Assembly: GCA_002328075.1 (NCBI GenBank)
Contig: DCVT01000015.1
Span: 75,971 to 139,970, forward strand
Reading direction: 5' to 3'
DNA: 64,000 bases
From: Anaerolineales bacterium UBA2181
GTDB lineage: Bacteria; Chloroflexota; Anaerolineae; Promineifilales; UBA4811
Shown: positions 1 through 8,919 of the stretch, piece by piece
Layout of the letters: each line of letters opens with the position of its first letter
Position numbering within the stretch: the first letter of the stretch is position 1
The notes under the pieces: model-generated
Database searches by the model: none
The model's input: only the letters and a program-made list of their open reading frames with translations
Told to the model about the DNA's origin: nothing
Position numbers and translations under genes: made by a program

Positions 1-1295
1 GCGGTGGAGTCAGTGGAATGACGGCTGCCTTGACATTGGCCGACGCGGGGCAGGATGTAACGCTGGTGGAAATGTCGGATGCGTTGGGCGGAAATCTGCG
101 GTACATCTACTACCTGGCAGAGGGCCTAAATCCACATCGCTTGCTGCGTGACCTGGTCAATCGCATACGGGGAAACCACCGAATAGATGTCCTCCTGCGC
201 AGCCAGCTGAAATCGATGAGTGGGTCTATTGGGCGGTTCAGGAGCGTGATCGAGACTTGGCCAACATCGGACACGCCGACGACAACTGAGGTGGAACATG
301 GCGCGATCGTCGTGGCCACCGGCGGTCGGGAGGGAACTACGCGGAAATACCTCTATGGCCAGGATCCCCGCGTTGTGACGCAACTCCAATTGGAGGACTG
401 GATAGCCCATCAACCAGAAAAGGTGGCCAACCTAAGGCACCTGGTGATGGTGCAATGCGTTGAATCGGACGAAGTCGGTTACTTTTACTGCTCGCGCACC
501 TGCTGCACCAGCACCATGAAGAACGCCATTCGGGTAAAGATGCTCAACCCCGATTGCCAGGTGACCGTGCTGTACAAGGATATCATCACCTACGGTTTTC
601 GAGAGCAGTACTACACGGAGGCTCGTAGGCGTGGGGTGCTGTTTATCCGCTATGCCGATGAACGGCTGCCACTGGTGGATCTGGTCGACGGCGAGCTTGA
701 GGTCAGCGTCACTGATCCCAGCCTGGACCTTCGGCCCTACAAATTGAAACCGGATCTGATTTCTTTGAGCATGCCGGTGGTACCGTCTGATCTGACGGCC
801 CAACTCGCCGGGAAACTGAAGCTTCCGCTCTCGAGCGAAGGCTTTTTCCTGGAGGCGGATCTCAAGATGCGGCCGATGGATTTTGTGGCCGAGGGAATCT
901 ACCTGTGTGGTATGGCCCACTACCCGCGTTTCATCGAGGAATCGATCTCCAGCGCACAGGCCGCAGCCGGCCGCGCATTGACTATCCTTAGCCAGAGCCC
1001 GCTATACGTCGGCGGTGTGATAGCCGAGGTTGATCCGGAAAAGTGCGTCGGTTGTCTTACCTGTGTCCGCACCTGTCCCTTTAGCATACCGCATCTGCTG
1101 TATGACCGGGCCGGGGTGGGCGACTTGGGTGGCCATGCGTGGATCGATCCGGCCATTTGCCAGGGTTGCGGAACTTGCACCGGCGAATGCCCCGCAGCCG
1201 CCATCGAACTGGTGAACTATCGGGATGCGGATGTGTTCCTGGGCGGCAACTGGCTGGGCGCGTGGCTTCCCCAGGCCGCGACGGAAGAACGGTGA
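1..1295 (+). CDS. hdrA: HdrA-like FAD/FeS oxidoreductase, C-terminal module; 5' end cut by window edge
   Basis: The frame is open from nt 3 (GGVSGMTAALTLADAG is a GxGxxG dinucleotide fold). It has a YCSRTCC motif and a C-terminal pair of CxxCxxCxxxCP ferredoxin motifs. It is colinear with residues ~1130-1523 of the ORF at 1952..6523. Confidence 0.8.
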   Translation, partial: GGVSGMTAALTLADAGQDVTLVEMSDALGGNLRYIYYLAEGLNPHRLLRDLVNRIRGNHRIDVLLRSQLKSMSGSIGRFRSVIETWPTSDTPTTTEVEHGAIVVATGGREGTTRKYLYGQDPRVVTQLQLEDWIAHQPEKVANLRHLVMVQCVESDEVGYFYCSRTCCTSTMKNAIRVKMLNPDCQVTVLYKDIITYGFREQYYTEARRRGVLFIRYADERLPLVDLVDGELEVSVTDPSLDLRPYKLKPDLISLSMPVVPSDLTAQLAGKLKLPLSSEGFFLEADLKMRPMDFVAEGIYLCGMAHYPRFIEESISSAQAAAGRALTILSQSPLYVGGVIAEVDPEKCVGCLTCVRTCPFSIPHLLYDRAGVGDLGGHAWIDPAICQGCGTCTGECPAAAIELVNYRDADVFLGGNWLGAWLPQAATEER

Positions 1296-1300
1296 AACCC

Positions 1301-1780
1301 ATGGCCACTGATCAGGGACCAATCCAGATTTCGTCCGACAACATGTTTGAACCAGACCTGACGCTGTTCACCTGCAACTATTGCGCCTACATGGCCGGTG
1401 ACACAGCCGGTGCGCTGCGTCTACAATACCCGGCCAATGTCAAAATGGTCCGGCTTCCCTGCACGGGCAAGATCGATGTGCGTTATATCCTGGCTGCATT
1501 CGAGCAAGGGGCCGATGGCGTGTATATCGTCGCCTGCCCGATCGGTACTTGCCACCATGTTCGGGGTAACGAGCGGGCCCGTTCGCGGGTGGCTTTGGCG
1601 AAGAAGGTGCTGGACCAGATTGGCCTGGGCAGTGATCGGCTGGAGATCCATTTCCTGTCCGCCGGTCAAGGCACCACCTATGCTGCGGTGGCCAGGGATA
1701 TGGTGGAGAAAATCCGCCGTTTAGGTCCGAACCCGCTGCGCGCAAACCGTCTGGAGGCGTATCGACCAGGGAACGGCTGA
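1301..1780 (+). CDS. mvhD: MvhD-like (methyl-viologen-reducing hydrogenase delta subunit family) protein, Cys form
   Basis: Motifs FTCNYCAY, LPCTGK, GADGVYIVACPIGTCHH. I take ATG 1301 as the start, because the track ORF start at 1139 would overlap the upstream gene. The gene lies 5 nt after the upstream stop. Confidence 0.85.
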   Translation: MATDQGPIQISSDNMFEPDLTLFTCNYCAYMAGDTAGALRLQYPANVKMVRLPCTGKIDVRYILAAFEQGADGVYIVACPIGTCHHVRGNERARSRVALAKKVLDQIGLGSDRLEIHFLSAGQGTTYAAVARDMVEKIRRLGPNPLRANRLEAYRPGNG

Positions 1781-1869
1781 GCGTTGACGACGCAGACCGC
1801 TCGAACCTCCTGGTTATTAATTACTACTCGACACAGATGCAGGTAGTGCTTAACGGCCAGTTCGGACTA

Positions 1870-1898
1870 TGGACGCGCATTGTGGCTAACCCTATAAT
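1870..1898 (+). promoter_or_regulatory. Possible sigma70-type promoter for the hdrA fusion gene
   Basis: TGGACG (1870-1875), a 17-nt spacer, then TATAAT (1893-1898), about 55 nt upstream of ATG 1952 in a 170-nt intergenic gap. Confidence 0.3.
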
Positions 1899-1951
1899 GT
1901 GAGCGTGGCCTGGAGAACCACTGCCTGTGGCGCCAACGTACGGGAGAACCT

Positions 1952-4900
1952 ATGGATAGCAATTCACCTGATGGAAAGCCCCTGGTAGGGGCCGTCATGG
2001 TGGTGGGGGGCGGTATCGCGGGGATGCAGGCGTCGCTGGACCTCGGCGAACAGGGGTTCAGGGTCTATTTGGTGGAGTCGGAGTCGGCGATTGGCGGCCA
2101 CATGGCCCAATTGGACAAGACGTTTCCCACCAATGACTGCTCCATGTGTACCATCAGCCCGAAATTGGTGGACGTCGGCCGGCACATCAACATCGAATTG
2201 CTGACCGACACAGACGTGCTGGACATGGCGGGCGCGCCGGGCGACCTCACCGTCCGAGTCAGACGCCGGCCGCGGTACATTGACTTGACCAAATGTGTGG
2301 GTTGTGGAGACTGCGCCAACGTCTGTCCGGTCATTCTGCCGGACCATTTTAACGAGCAATTGACGGATCGGCGCGCTGCGTTCAAGCTGTACCCTCAGGC
2401 CGTGCCCAACGCCTATGCCCTCGAGAAACGGGGTATTGCACCTTGCCGCGATGCCTGTCCGGCCGGGCAACGCGCGCAGGGGTATATCGCGCTGATCCGG
2501 GATGGCCGTCCCGAGGACGCCCTCCGCGTCATCAAGGAGGATAATCCCTTCCCCGGGATCTGCGGTCGGATCTGCAATCATCGCTGCGAGACTGCCTGCA
2601 ACCGGGGCAAGGTGGACGAAGCCATCAATATCCGCGCGCTCAAGCGCTACGTCACCGACACAGTGTACGCTCAGCCACGGGTGCCGGTCCCGCCGGCGGA
2701 GCGCCAATACGAACAGCGAGTGGCCATCATCGGCGCCGGGCCGTGCGGCCTTACGGCCGCCAAGGATCTCTGCCATGAAGGGTACGGCGTGACCGTCATC
2801 GAGGCGTTGCCGGTCGCCGGTGGCATGTTACGGGTCGGGGTACCCGAGTACCGGCTACCTACTGCCATCATTGACCGGGAGGTGCAGGACATTATTGACC
2901 TGGGTGTCGAACTGCGCCTGAACACGGTGGTGGAGAATCTGGACGACCTTTTTGCTGAGGGGTTCGACGCTGTGCTCATTGCGGTAGGAGCACACGAGGG
3001 GATACGGCTCCCCATTCCTGGGGCACAACTGGATGGCGTGTTGGTCAATACGCACTTTTTGCGCGACGTCCGACTGGGCAAGCACAACGGCAACAGCCGG
3101 TTAGGACGGGTTCTGGTTCTGGGTGGCGGGAACGTGGCGATGGACTGCGCGCGTACCGCTGTCCGACTGGGCGCGGACTCGGTGAGCATGGCCTGTCTCG
3201 AGCCGCGCGACGGTCTTCCGTGCCATGTGTGGGAAGCCCAGGCGGCCGAGGAAGAGGGAGTCACAATTTTCCCCAGCCGCACCTTTCTGCGAATACTGGA
3301 TGATGGCTTGGGTCGGGCGCGCGGGGTAGAGTGCAACCGGGTGACTTCGTTCTCGTTCGATCCCACCGGCCGGCTGGAGTTGGAGACTGAACCGCTCTCC
3401 AATCATGTGTTGGACTGCGACACGGTGATCTTTTCTGTGGGTCAGCGCGCCGGTCTTGCTTTCATCCCGGATGATGCCGGCGTTGGCCTGACCTCCAAAC
3501 GGACCGTCGCCATCAACCCGAATACGATGGCTGCCACCCGACCGGGCGTGTTCGCCGCCGGCGACAGCGTCAGCGGCACCGCTTTTGTGATCGAGGCGGT
3601 CGCCAGCGGCCATACCGCAGCTCGTTCGATTCACCGCTACCTTCGGGGCATGTACCTTGAGGCGCCGCACAAGCCTGAACTGCCGGTCGTTCAGATTACC
3701 GAGGCAGAGATAGAGCACCGCAAGCAGATCGGTGATATCCACATCCAGCGCCGGGTTCCAATGCAGGAATTGCCCGCTGAGAGACGCAGAGCGAGCTTTG
3801 ACGAGGTGGAGCAGGGGTACGATGACGTGTCGGCGCAGGCTGAGGCGGCTCGCTGCCTGGCGTGCGGATTGTGCTCCGAGTGCCTGAGCTGTGTTTACGA
3901 GTGCAAGGCAAATGCCATCGTCCACGACATGGTTGCTCAGACCGAGACGATTCGGGTGGGCGCTCTCATCCTCGCGCCGGGTTTCAAACCCTATCCGGCT
4001 GAGTTGTCGCAGGAGTATGGTTTTGGGCGTTACCCGAACGTGGTAACCGCGCTTCAGTTCGAGCGTTTGCTTTCCGCATCCGGACCTACCCAGGGCCACG
4101 TGGTCCGACCATCAAACCACAAGCCGGCGAAGAAGATTGCCTTCCTTCAGTGCATCGGCTCGCGGGATCGCATGCATGACTATTGTTCGTCGGTTTGCTG
4201 CATGTATGCCACCAAGCAAGCCATCATGGCCAAAGAGCACGAGCCGGACACCGAGATCCAGGTCTTTATGATGGACATGCGCTCCTTCAGCAAGGGCTAC
4301 GAGGAGTACTTTCATCGAGCGCGTGACAAATACGGTGTCAAGTACACCCGCTGCCGGGTATCGGCCGTGCGGCGCAACCCGCTGACCGAGAATCTGCTGG
4401 TGCGTTATGTTGTGGACGGTCCTGGCGCCCGACTACCAAAGGAGGAGGAGTTCGATCTGGTTGTCCTTTCGGTGGGCATGGAGATCGGCGAATCGACGCG
4501 GAACCTGGCGCGACAACTTGGCATCCAGTTGGATTCGTACGGGTTTGCCCGGACCGATAGCTTTCATCCGCTCCAGACCAGCCGGCCAGGGGTTTTCGCC
4601 ATTGGCCCTCTGCGGGAGCCCAAAGACATCCCCGAATCCGTGGTTGAGGCCAGCGGCGGCGCGGCGGCTGCGGCTGAGCTGTTGGCGCCGGTTCGGGGCA
4701 CAATGGCCACCCGCAAAGAGTACCCGCCGGAGCGGGATGTGTCGACCGAAGATCCCAAAGTCGGCGTCTTTGTGTGCCATTGTGGATCCAACATCGGCGG
4801 CTTTCTGGACGTTCCCGACGTGGCCGAGTATGCTCGGAGTCTTCCGGGCGTGGTTCACGCTGAGCACAACCTCTACACCTGTTCGCAGGATTCCATCGTG

Positions 4901-6523
4901 CACATAACGGAACAGGTGAAGGAATTGGGGTTGAACCGGGTGGTGGTTGCGTCCTGCACCCCGATCACGCATGAGCCGCTTTTCCGCGATAGCATTCGCG
5001 CCGCTGGCTTAAACCCGTTCTTGTTTGAGATGGCCAACATTCGGAATCACTGCTCCTGGGTCCACTCGGGCCAATGGGACGTGGCGACCGAAAAGGCAAA
5101 AGCGCTGGTGCGCATGGCGGTGGCCAAAGCCACCCGGATCCAGCCGCAGTACACCCAGGAGATGAAGGTAGAAAAGACCGTGCTGGTGATAGGCGGCGGT
5201 CCGGCCGGGTTGAACGCAGCACTTTCGCTGGCAAAGCAAGGCTTCCCGGTCGAGTTGGTGGAACGGACCGGGGAGTTGGGTGGCAACATACGGCATCTTT
5301 ACTATCTGGCGGACAGCGGGAACCTCCTGGCATCGGCGAAAACCGATCCGCAGGCATATCTGGTGGATCTGGTGGACCAGGTAACGCGCCATCCGCAGAT
5401 CACGGTTCACCTGAACACGGAATACGACCGGCTGGGCGGGTTCTCCGGCCAGTTTGTCAGCCGGTTCAACAAGCGCAACGGCAACGGAACGGAACCGGTG
5501 GAGGTGCGCCATGGCGCCATCATCGTCGCCACTGGCGGAAGGGAATACCGCGGCTCGGATTATGGCTTTGGGTCACATCACAACGTGATCACCCAGCAAG
5601 ACCTGGAGGAGCGTCTGTGGCGCTGGGAGAACCGGGAAGCCTCGGATCTGCCGCAATCGGTGGTCATGATTCAGTGCATCGGTCCGGCCGAGCAATATTG
5701 CTCGCGCATCTGCTGCACGGTGGCGCTCAAAAACGCCATCAAGCTCAAGGAGCTCGCTCCGAATACTCAGGTGACGGTCATTTACAAGGATATCAGAACC
5801 TTCGGCTTCAAAGAACGGTTATATTCGGCCGCTCGCGCCCGCGGAGTGCTATTCGTACGTTACAGCGATTCCCAACGGCCTGACGTCACGTGGTCCGACA
5901 GCGATGTGACCGGCACCCCGCCGCCCCTCAAGGTTGACGTGCATGACCCGGTTCTGGACCTGCCGTTGGAGTTGCGCCCAGACCTCGTGGTGCTTTCCAT
6001 GCCGCTGGTGCCGGCCGAAGGTGCTGAGGAGATGGTTAGCAAGCTGCGGGTTTCGGCCGACCTTGACGGCTGGTTCATGGAAGCACACGTCAAACTGCGG
6101 CCCGTCGACTTTAGCTCGGCCGGCATTTTCATGGCCGGCACGGCGCATTACCCCAAGTTTCTGGACGAGGCGATTGTGCAGGCCAACGCAGCGGCGGCGC
6201 GGGCCGCCAACCTTCTGGCATCCGACACCATGTTAGTGGGTGGGCAAGTGGCAGTGGTGGATGCTGAAAAGTGCGTGGGTTGCCTCACGTGCGTCCGCAT
6301 TTGCCCGTACCAAGTGCCAGAAATCCGATCCAGTTTGGGCGGCGTGGGCGAGATCGCTGGTGCTGCTTACGTGGAGCCGGCGGTCTGCCAAGGCTGTGGG
6401 TCGTGCGCTGCTGAATGCCCGGCGAAGGCGATACAATTGATGCATTACACAGACGCGCAACTGCTCTCCAAGGTTGACGCTCTGTTCGAGGTGTTTCCGG
6501 CCGACCGTATCCCGGTATTGTGA
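1952..6523 (+). CDS. hdrA: Giant HdrA-GltD-HdrA fusion flavoprotein (1523 aa)
   Basis: The N-terminus is HdrA-like (VVGGGIAGMQASLDL, FPTNDCSMC, CVGCGDCANVCP). An inserted glutamate-synthase-small-subunit/NfnB-like NAD(P)H module follows (GICGRICNHRCETACNRG, VAIIGAGPCGLTAAKDL, VLGGGNVAMDCART, GVFAAGD). The rest of HdrA then resumes (FLQCIGSRD..YCSSVCCMY, VFVCHCGSNIGG). A second HdrA-like module comes next (VIGGGPAGLNAAL, YCSRICCT), ending in a 2x[4Fe-4S] ferredoxin motif. Confidence 0.85.
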   Translation: MDSNSPDGKPLVGAVMVVGGGIAGMQASLDLGEQGFRVYLVESESAIGGHMAQLDKTFPTNDCSMCTISPKLVDVGRHINIELLTDTDVLDMAGAPGDLTVRVRRRPRYIDLTKCVGCGDCANVCPVILPDHFNEQLTDRRAAFKLYPQAVPNAYALEKRGIAPCRDACPAGQRAQGYIALIRDGRPEDALRVIKEDNPFPGICGRICNHRCETACNRGKVDEAINIRALKRYVTDTVYAQPRVPVPPAERQYEQRVAIIGAGPCGLTAAKDLCHEGYGVTVIEALPVAGGMLRVGVPEYRLPTAIIDREVQDIIDLGVELRLNTVVENLDDLFAEGFDAVLIAVGAHEGIRLPIPGAQLDGVLVNTHFLRDVRLGKHNGNSRLGRVLVLGGGNVAMDCARTAVRLGADSVSMACLEPRDGLPCHVWEAQAAEEEGVTIFPSRTFLRILDDGLGRARGVECNRVTSFSFDPTGRLELETEPLSNHVLDCDTVIFSVGQRAGLAFIPDDAGVGLTSKRTVAINPNTMAATRPGVFAAGDSVSGTAFVIEAVASGHTAARSIHRYLRGMYLEAPHKPELPVVQITEAEIEHRKQIGDIHIQRRVPMQELPAERRRASFDEVEQGYDDVSAQAEAARCLACGLCSECLSCVYECKANAIVHDMVAQTETIRVGALILAPGFKPYPAELSQEYGFGRYPNVVTALQFERLLSASGPTQGHVVRPSNHKPAKKIAFLQCIGSRDRMHDYCSSVCCMYATKQAIMAKEHEPDTEIQVFMMDMRSFSKGYEEYFHRARDKYGVKYTRCRVSAVRRNPLTENLLVRYVVDGPGARLPKEEEFDLVVLSVGMEIGESTRNLARQLGIQLDSYGFARTDSFHPLQTSRPGVFAIGPLREPKDIPESVVEASGGAAAAAELLAPVRGTMATRKEYPPERDVSTEDPKVGVFVCHCGSNIGGFLDVPDVAEYARSLPGVVHAEHNLYTCSQDSIVHITEQVKELGLNRVVVASCTPITHEPLFRDSIRAAGLNPFLFEMANIRNHCSWVHSGQWDVATEKAKALVRMAVAKATRIQPQYTQEMKVEKTVLVIGGGPAGLNAALSLAKQGFPVELVERTGELGGNIRHLYYLADSGNLLASAKTDPQAYLVDLVDQVTRHPQITVHLNTEYDRLGGFSGQFVSRFNKRNGNGTEPVEVRHGAIIVATGGREYRGSDYGFGSHHNVITQQDLEERLWRWENREASDLPQSVVMIQCIGPAEQYCSRICCTVALKNAIKLKELAPNTQVTVIYKDIRTFGFKERLYSAARARGVLFVRYSDSQRPDVTWSDSDVTGTPPPLKVDVHDPVLDLPLELRPDLVVLSMPLVPAEGAEEMVSKLRVSADLDGWFMEAHVKLRPVDFSSAGIFMAGTAHYPKFLDEAIVQANAAAARAANLLASDTMLVGGQVAVVDAEKCVGCLTCVRICPYQVPEIRSSLGGVGEIAGAAYVEPAVCQGCGSCAAECPAKAIQLMHYTDAQLLSKVDALFEVFPADRIPVL

Positions 6524-6533
6524 GGATTGGACT

Positions 6534-6956
6534 ATGGACGACCCGAGCTTTGAACCCCAGATCGTGACCTTTGCCTGCCACTACTGCGCCTATGCGGCGG
6601 CCGACCTGGCGGGCGGGCTGCGGCTCAAGTACCCGGCCGCTATCAAGATCATCGAATTGCCGTGCAGCGGCAAGCTTGACGTGATGCATGCATTGCGCGC
6701 CTTTGAAGACGGTGCGGATGGGGTACTGGTGGCAGGTTGACTGGAGGGCGATTGTCATTACCGGGACGGTAATATCAACGCCAGAAGACGAGTAGAACAC
6801 GTGCGCAAATTGCTCGACCAGATCGGACTGAGCGGTCGTCGCGTCCAGATGATCAATGTGTCTTCAGCCATGGGCGGGCAGTTTGCCTACCTGGCGGCCG
6901 AGATGACGTCAGAGATCGAAAAACTGGGCCCGAACCCGTTGCGAGGCGCAAAATGA
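6534..6956 (+). CDS. mvhD: MvhD-like protein with in-frame UGA (putative selenocysteine) at 6738..6740
   Basis: ATG 6534 is preceded by GAGGA. The N-terminal half (FACHYCAY..LPCSGK..GADGVLVAG) stops at TGA 6738. The same frame continues as LEGDCHYRDGN..GPNPLRGAK to TGA 6954-6956. The TGA aligns with the Cys of VACPIGTCHH in the paralog at 1301..1780. Confidence 0.75.
6756..6774 (+). promoter_or_regulatory. Putative bacterial SECIS hairpin
   Basis: ATTACCG-GGA-CGGTAAT forms a 6-7 bp stem with a G-rich apical loop, starting about 16 nt after UGA 6738. The identical core is found after the second in-frame UGA at 13700. Confidence 0.55.
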
Positions 6957-8140
6957 ACGCAACCACGGCCGAGACGTTGAAACGTTTCGGACCCTTTGCC
7001 GGGTTCGACGACCAGGAGATCGAGGAGATAGCCCAGCTCTGCCAGGAGCGTAACTACGGCGAGGGCGATGTGCTCTTTGTGGAGGATGAGCCGGCTGAAT
7101 GGCTCTTCCTTGTCCTGGAGGGTAGGCTCTCGCTGGAAAAGACGGTTCAACTCGGCCGCAGCGGTTCGTCGCGACGGGCTACCATCGACGTGGTGGGCCC
7201 GTATCAGGTTGGAGGCTGGTCCAGCGTCATTGCTCCCCACACCTACACATCCACCGGGGTCTGTCAAGAGCCGGCGCGAGTGTTGCTGCTGGACGGCCGG
7301 GCACTTCACGCCCTGATTGCGCGGTACCCAACGACCGGCCCGGTCTTTATGGATGCTATTGCCGCGATCATTTCTTCGCGGTTGCGCCAGACCACCACCA
7401 CATTGACGTATTTCCTCTCCATCATATCTCACGAGCTGAAATCGCCCCTGGCGGCAATTGAGAACTACTTACAGGTGATGCTGGGAGGATTCACCGGCGA
7501 ACTCAGCGAAAAGCAGCGGAGAATGTTGGAGCGGAGTGTGCTCCGTGTGACCGATTTGCGTGGCATGATCAACGACATTCTGGACCTGGCACGCATGAGG
7601 CCCGAGCAGGTGCAGGCGGATTTTGAGTGGGTTGATCCTTCGGTGCCGGGCAACCAGGCCATCGAAGATGTGCGGCTCGCGGCTCAGCAAAAGGACGTCA
7701 CCGTTCGGGTCGAAGCTCCGGCCGAGTTCAAGAAAATCGTTGCCGCACCGCGGCGGTTGCGCCAAGTGTACTCTAACTTGCTGTCCAATGCCGTCAAGTT
7801 TTCCCCCGATGGGGGCGAAGTAACGCTGATCGCCCGTGACGAGCCGGATGGTCTGGTGGTCGAGATACTGGATGAGGGCCCCGGTATTCCGGCCGACGAA
7901 CAGGTATACGTGTTCGAGGATTTCTACCGCGGCCGGAATGCCGGGGCGGTAGCCGGCTCAGGCCTGGGGCTTTCGATTGTGAAAAAGGTCGTTGAGGCTC
8001 ACGGGGGCTCAATCCGTGTGGAAAGCCCGTATCAGGAAGGCAAAACGGGTACCAAGGTTACGGTGAGGATTCCACGTAACCTGACTACTCCGGAGATGAG
8101 ACGTCGTCAGTGGTCTTTGCGCCAGGAGGACAAAGGATGA
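6953..8140 (+). CDS. Sensor histidine kinase with N-terminal cyclic-nucleotide-binding-like domain
   Basis: The N-terminal fold is cNMP/Crp-like (GDVLFVEDEPAEWLFLVLEGRLSL). It has an H-box SHELKSPL and N/G boxes (LLSNAVKFSP, DEGPGIP, GSGLGLSIV). The ATG overlaps the upstream stop as ATGA at 6953-6956. Confidence 0.85.
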   Translation: MNATTAETLKRFGPFAGFDDQEIEEIAQLCQERNYGEGDVLFVEDEPAEWLFLVLEGRLSLEKTVQLGRSGSSRRATIDVVGPYQVGGWSSVIAPHTYTSTGVCQEPARVLLLDGRALHALIARYPTTGPVFMDAIAAIISSRLRQTTTTLTYFLSIISHELKSPLAAIENYLQVMLGGFTGELSEKQRRMLERSVLRVTDLRGMINDILDLARMRPEQVQADFEWVDPSVPGNQAIEDVRLAAQQKDVTVRVEAPAEFKKIVAAPRRLRQVYSNLLSNAVKFSPDGGEVTLIARDEPDGLVVEILDEGPGIPADEQVYVFEDFYRGRNAGAVAGSGLGLSIVKKVVEAHGGSIRVESPYQEGKTGTKVTVRIPRNLTTPEMRRRQWSLRQEDKG

Positions 8141-8919
8141 TGCCGCAGCAACAGCCGTACATTCTGTTGGTGGATGATGACCCCGATATCTTGGAGGGTC
8201 TGGTTGCGGTCTTGGAGACTCAACCTTATCGGTTGGAGACCGCACGCGATGGCGTAGAATGCCTGGAGGCGATCGCTCGCGAGGTACCCGACCTGGTGAT
8301 CGTGGACCTGCTCATGCCACGCAAGGATGGGTTTGCCACCATCCGCGAGATTCGCAGCAGTCCAGGTCATTCCACGCTGTCTATCATGGTCCTGACCACC
8401 GTCGTTGAGGACGCCAGCCGGCGCCGCTATGAACTGGAGACCGGGCTGGACATGGATGTTCAGGACTATATGGAAAAACCCGTCGCTCCGGTCGAGCTGC
8501 TGAGGCGGGTTGCCAACATCTTGGAGCAGCCTTCCATACTGGTGGCGGACGACGATCCGGATATCCTGGAGGGTATCGTGACGGTGCTCAAGAGCCAACC
8601 CTATCGCTTGCGGGCAGCCAGAGACGGTCGGGAATGTCTGGACCTCATATACCGCAAACGTCCCGACCTGCTCATCCTGGACCTGCTCATGCCCAAGATG
8701 GATGGTTTTGCCGTCATCCGAGAACTCCGCCGGGAACCGGCGTTTGCTGACCTGCCTATCATGGTTTTGACCGCCGTGTTGGAGGATGCCAGCCACCGCC
8801 GGTACGAACTGGAGACGGGCCGGCAGATGCGGGTGAACACCTACATAGAAAAGCCGGTGGCCCCGGCCGAGCTGCTGGCTCGGGTGGACCAGCTGCTCAA
8901 GGCCAGATTCGGGTCATGA
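8137..8919 (+). CDS. Tandem-receiver response regulator (REC-REC, no output domain)
   Basis: There are two ~125-aa internal repeats. Each has DDDPDILEG, the phospho-acceptor context DL(V/L)I(V/L)DLLMP(R/K)(K/M)DGF, and (M/I)EKPV. An AGGAGG RBS lies 7 nt upstream of ATG 8137. The start overlaps the kinase stop as ATGA. Confidence 0.85.
   Translation: MMPQQQPYILLVDDDPDILEGLVAVLETQPYRLETARDGVECLEAIAREVPDLVIVDLLMPRKDGFATIREIRSSPGHSTLSIMVLTTVVEDASRRRYELETGLDMDVQDYMEKPVAPVELLRRVANILEQPSILVADDDPDILEGIVTVLKSQPYRLRAARDGRECLDLIYRKRPDLLILDLLMPKMDGFAVIRELRREPAFADLPIMVLTAVLEDASHRRYELETGRQMRVNTYIEKPVAPAELLARVDQLLKARFGS

Noticed and set aside
1139-1300. N-terminal extension of the first mvhD ORF (track start 1139)
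   Set aside because: The extension overlaps the 3' end of the upstream hdrA-like gene in another frame and is Arg/Gly-rich. MvhD homology begins after ATG 1301.
6738-6740. TGA in mvhD interpreted as a nonsense mutation or pseudogene, or as two separate small genes
   Set aside because: Both halves are in the same frame, and the downstream half has no start codon or RBS of its own near the TGA. The TGA replaces a conserved Cys. The same arrangement with the same hairpin occurs independently at 13700. Selenocysteine is the simpler explanation, though unproven without sel genes.
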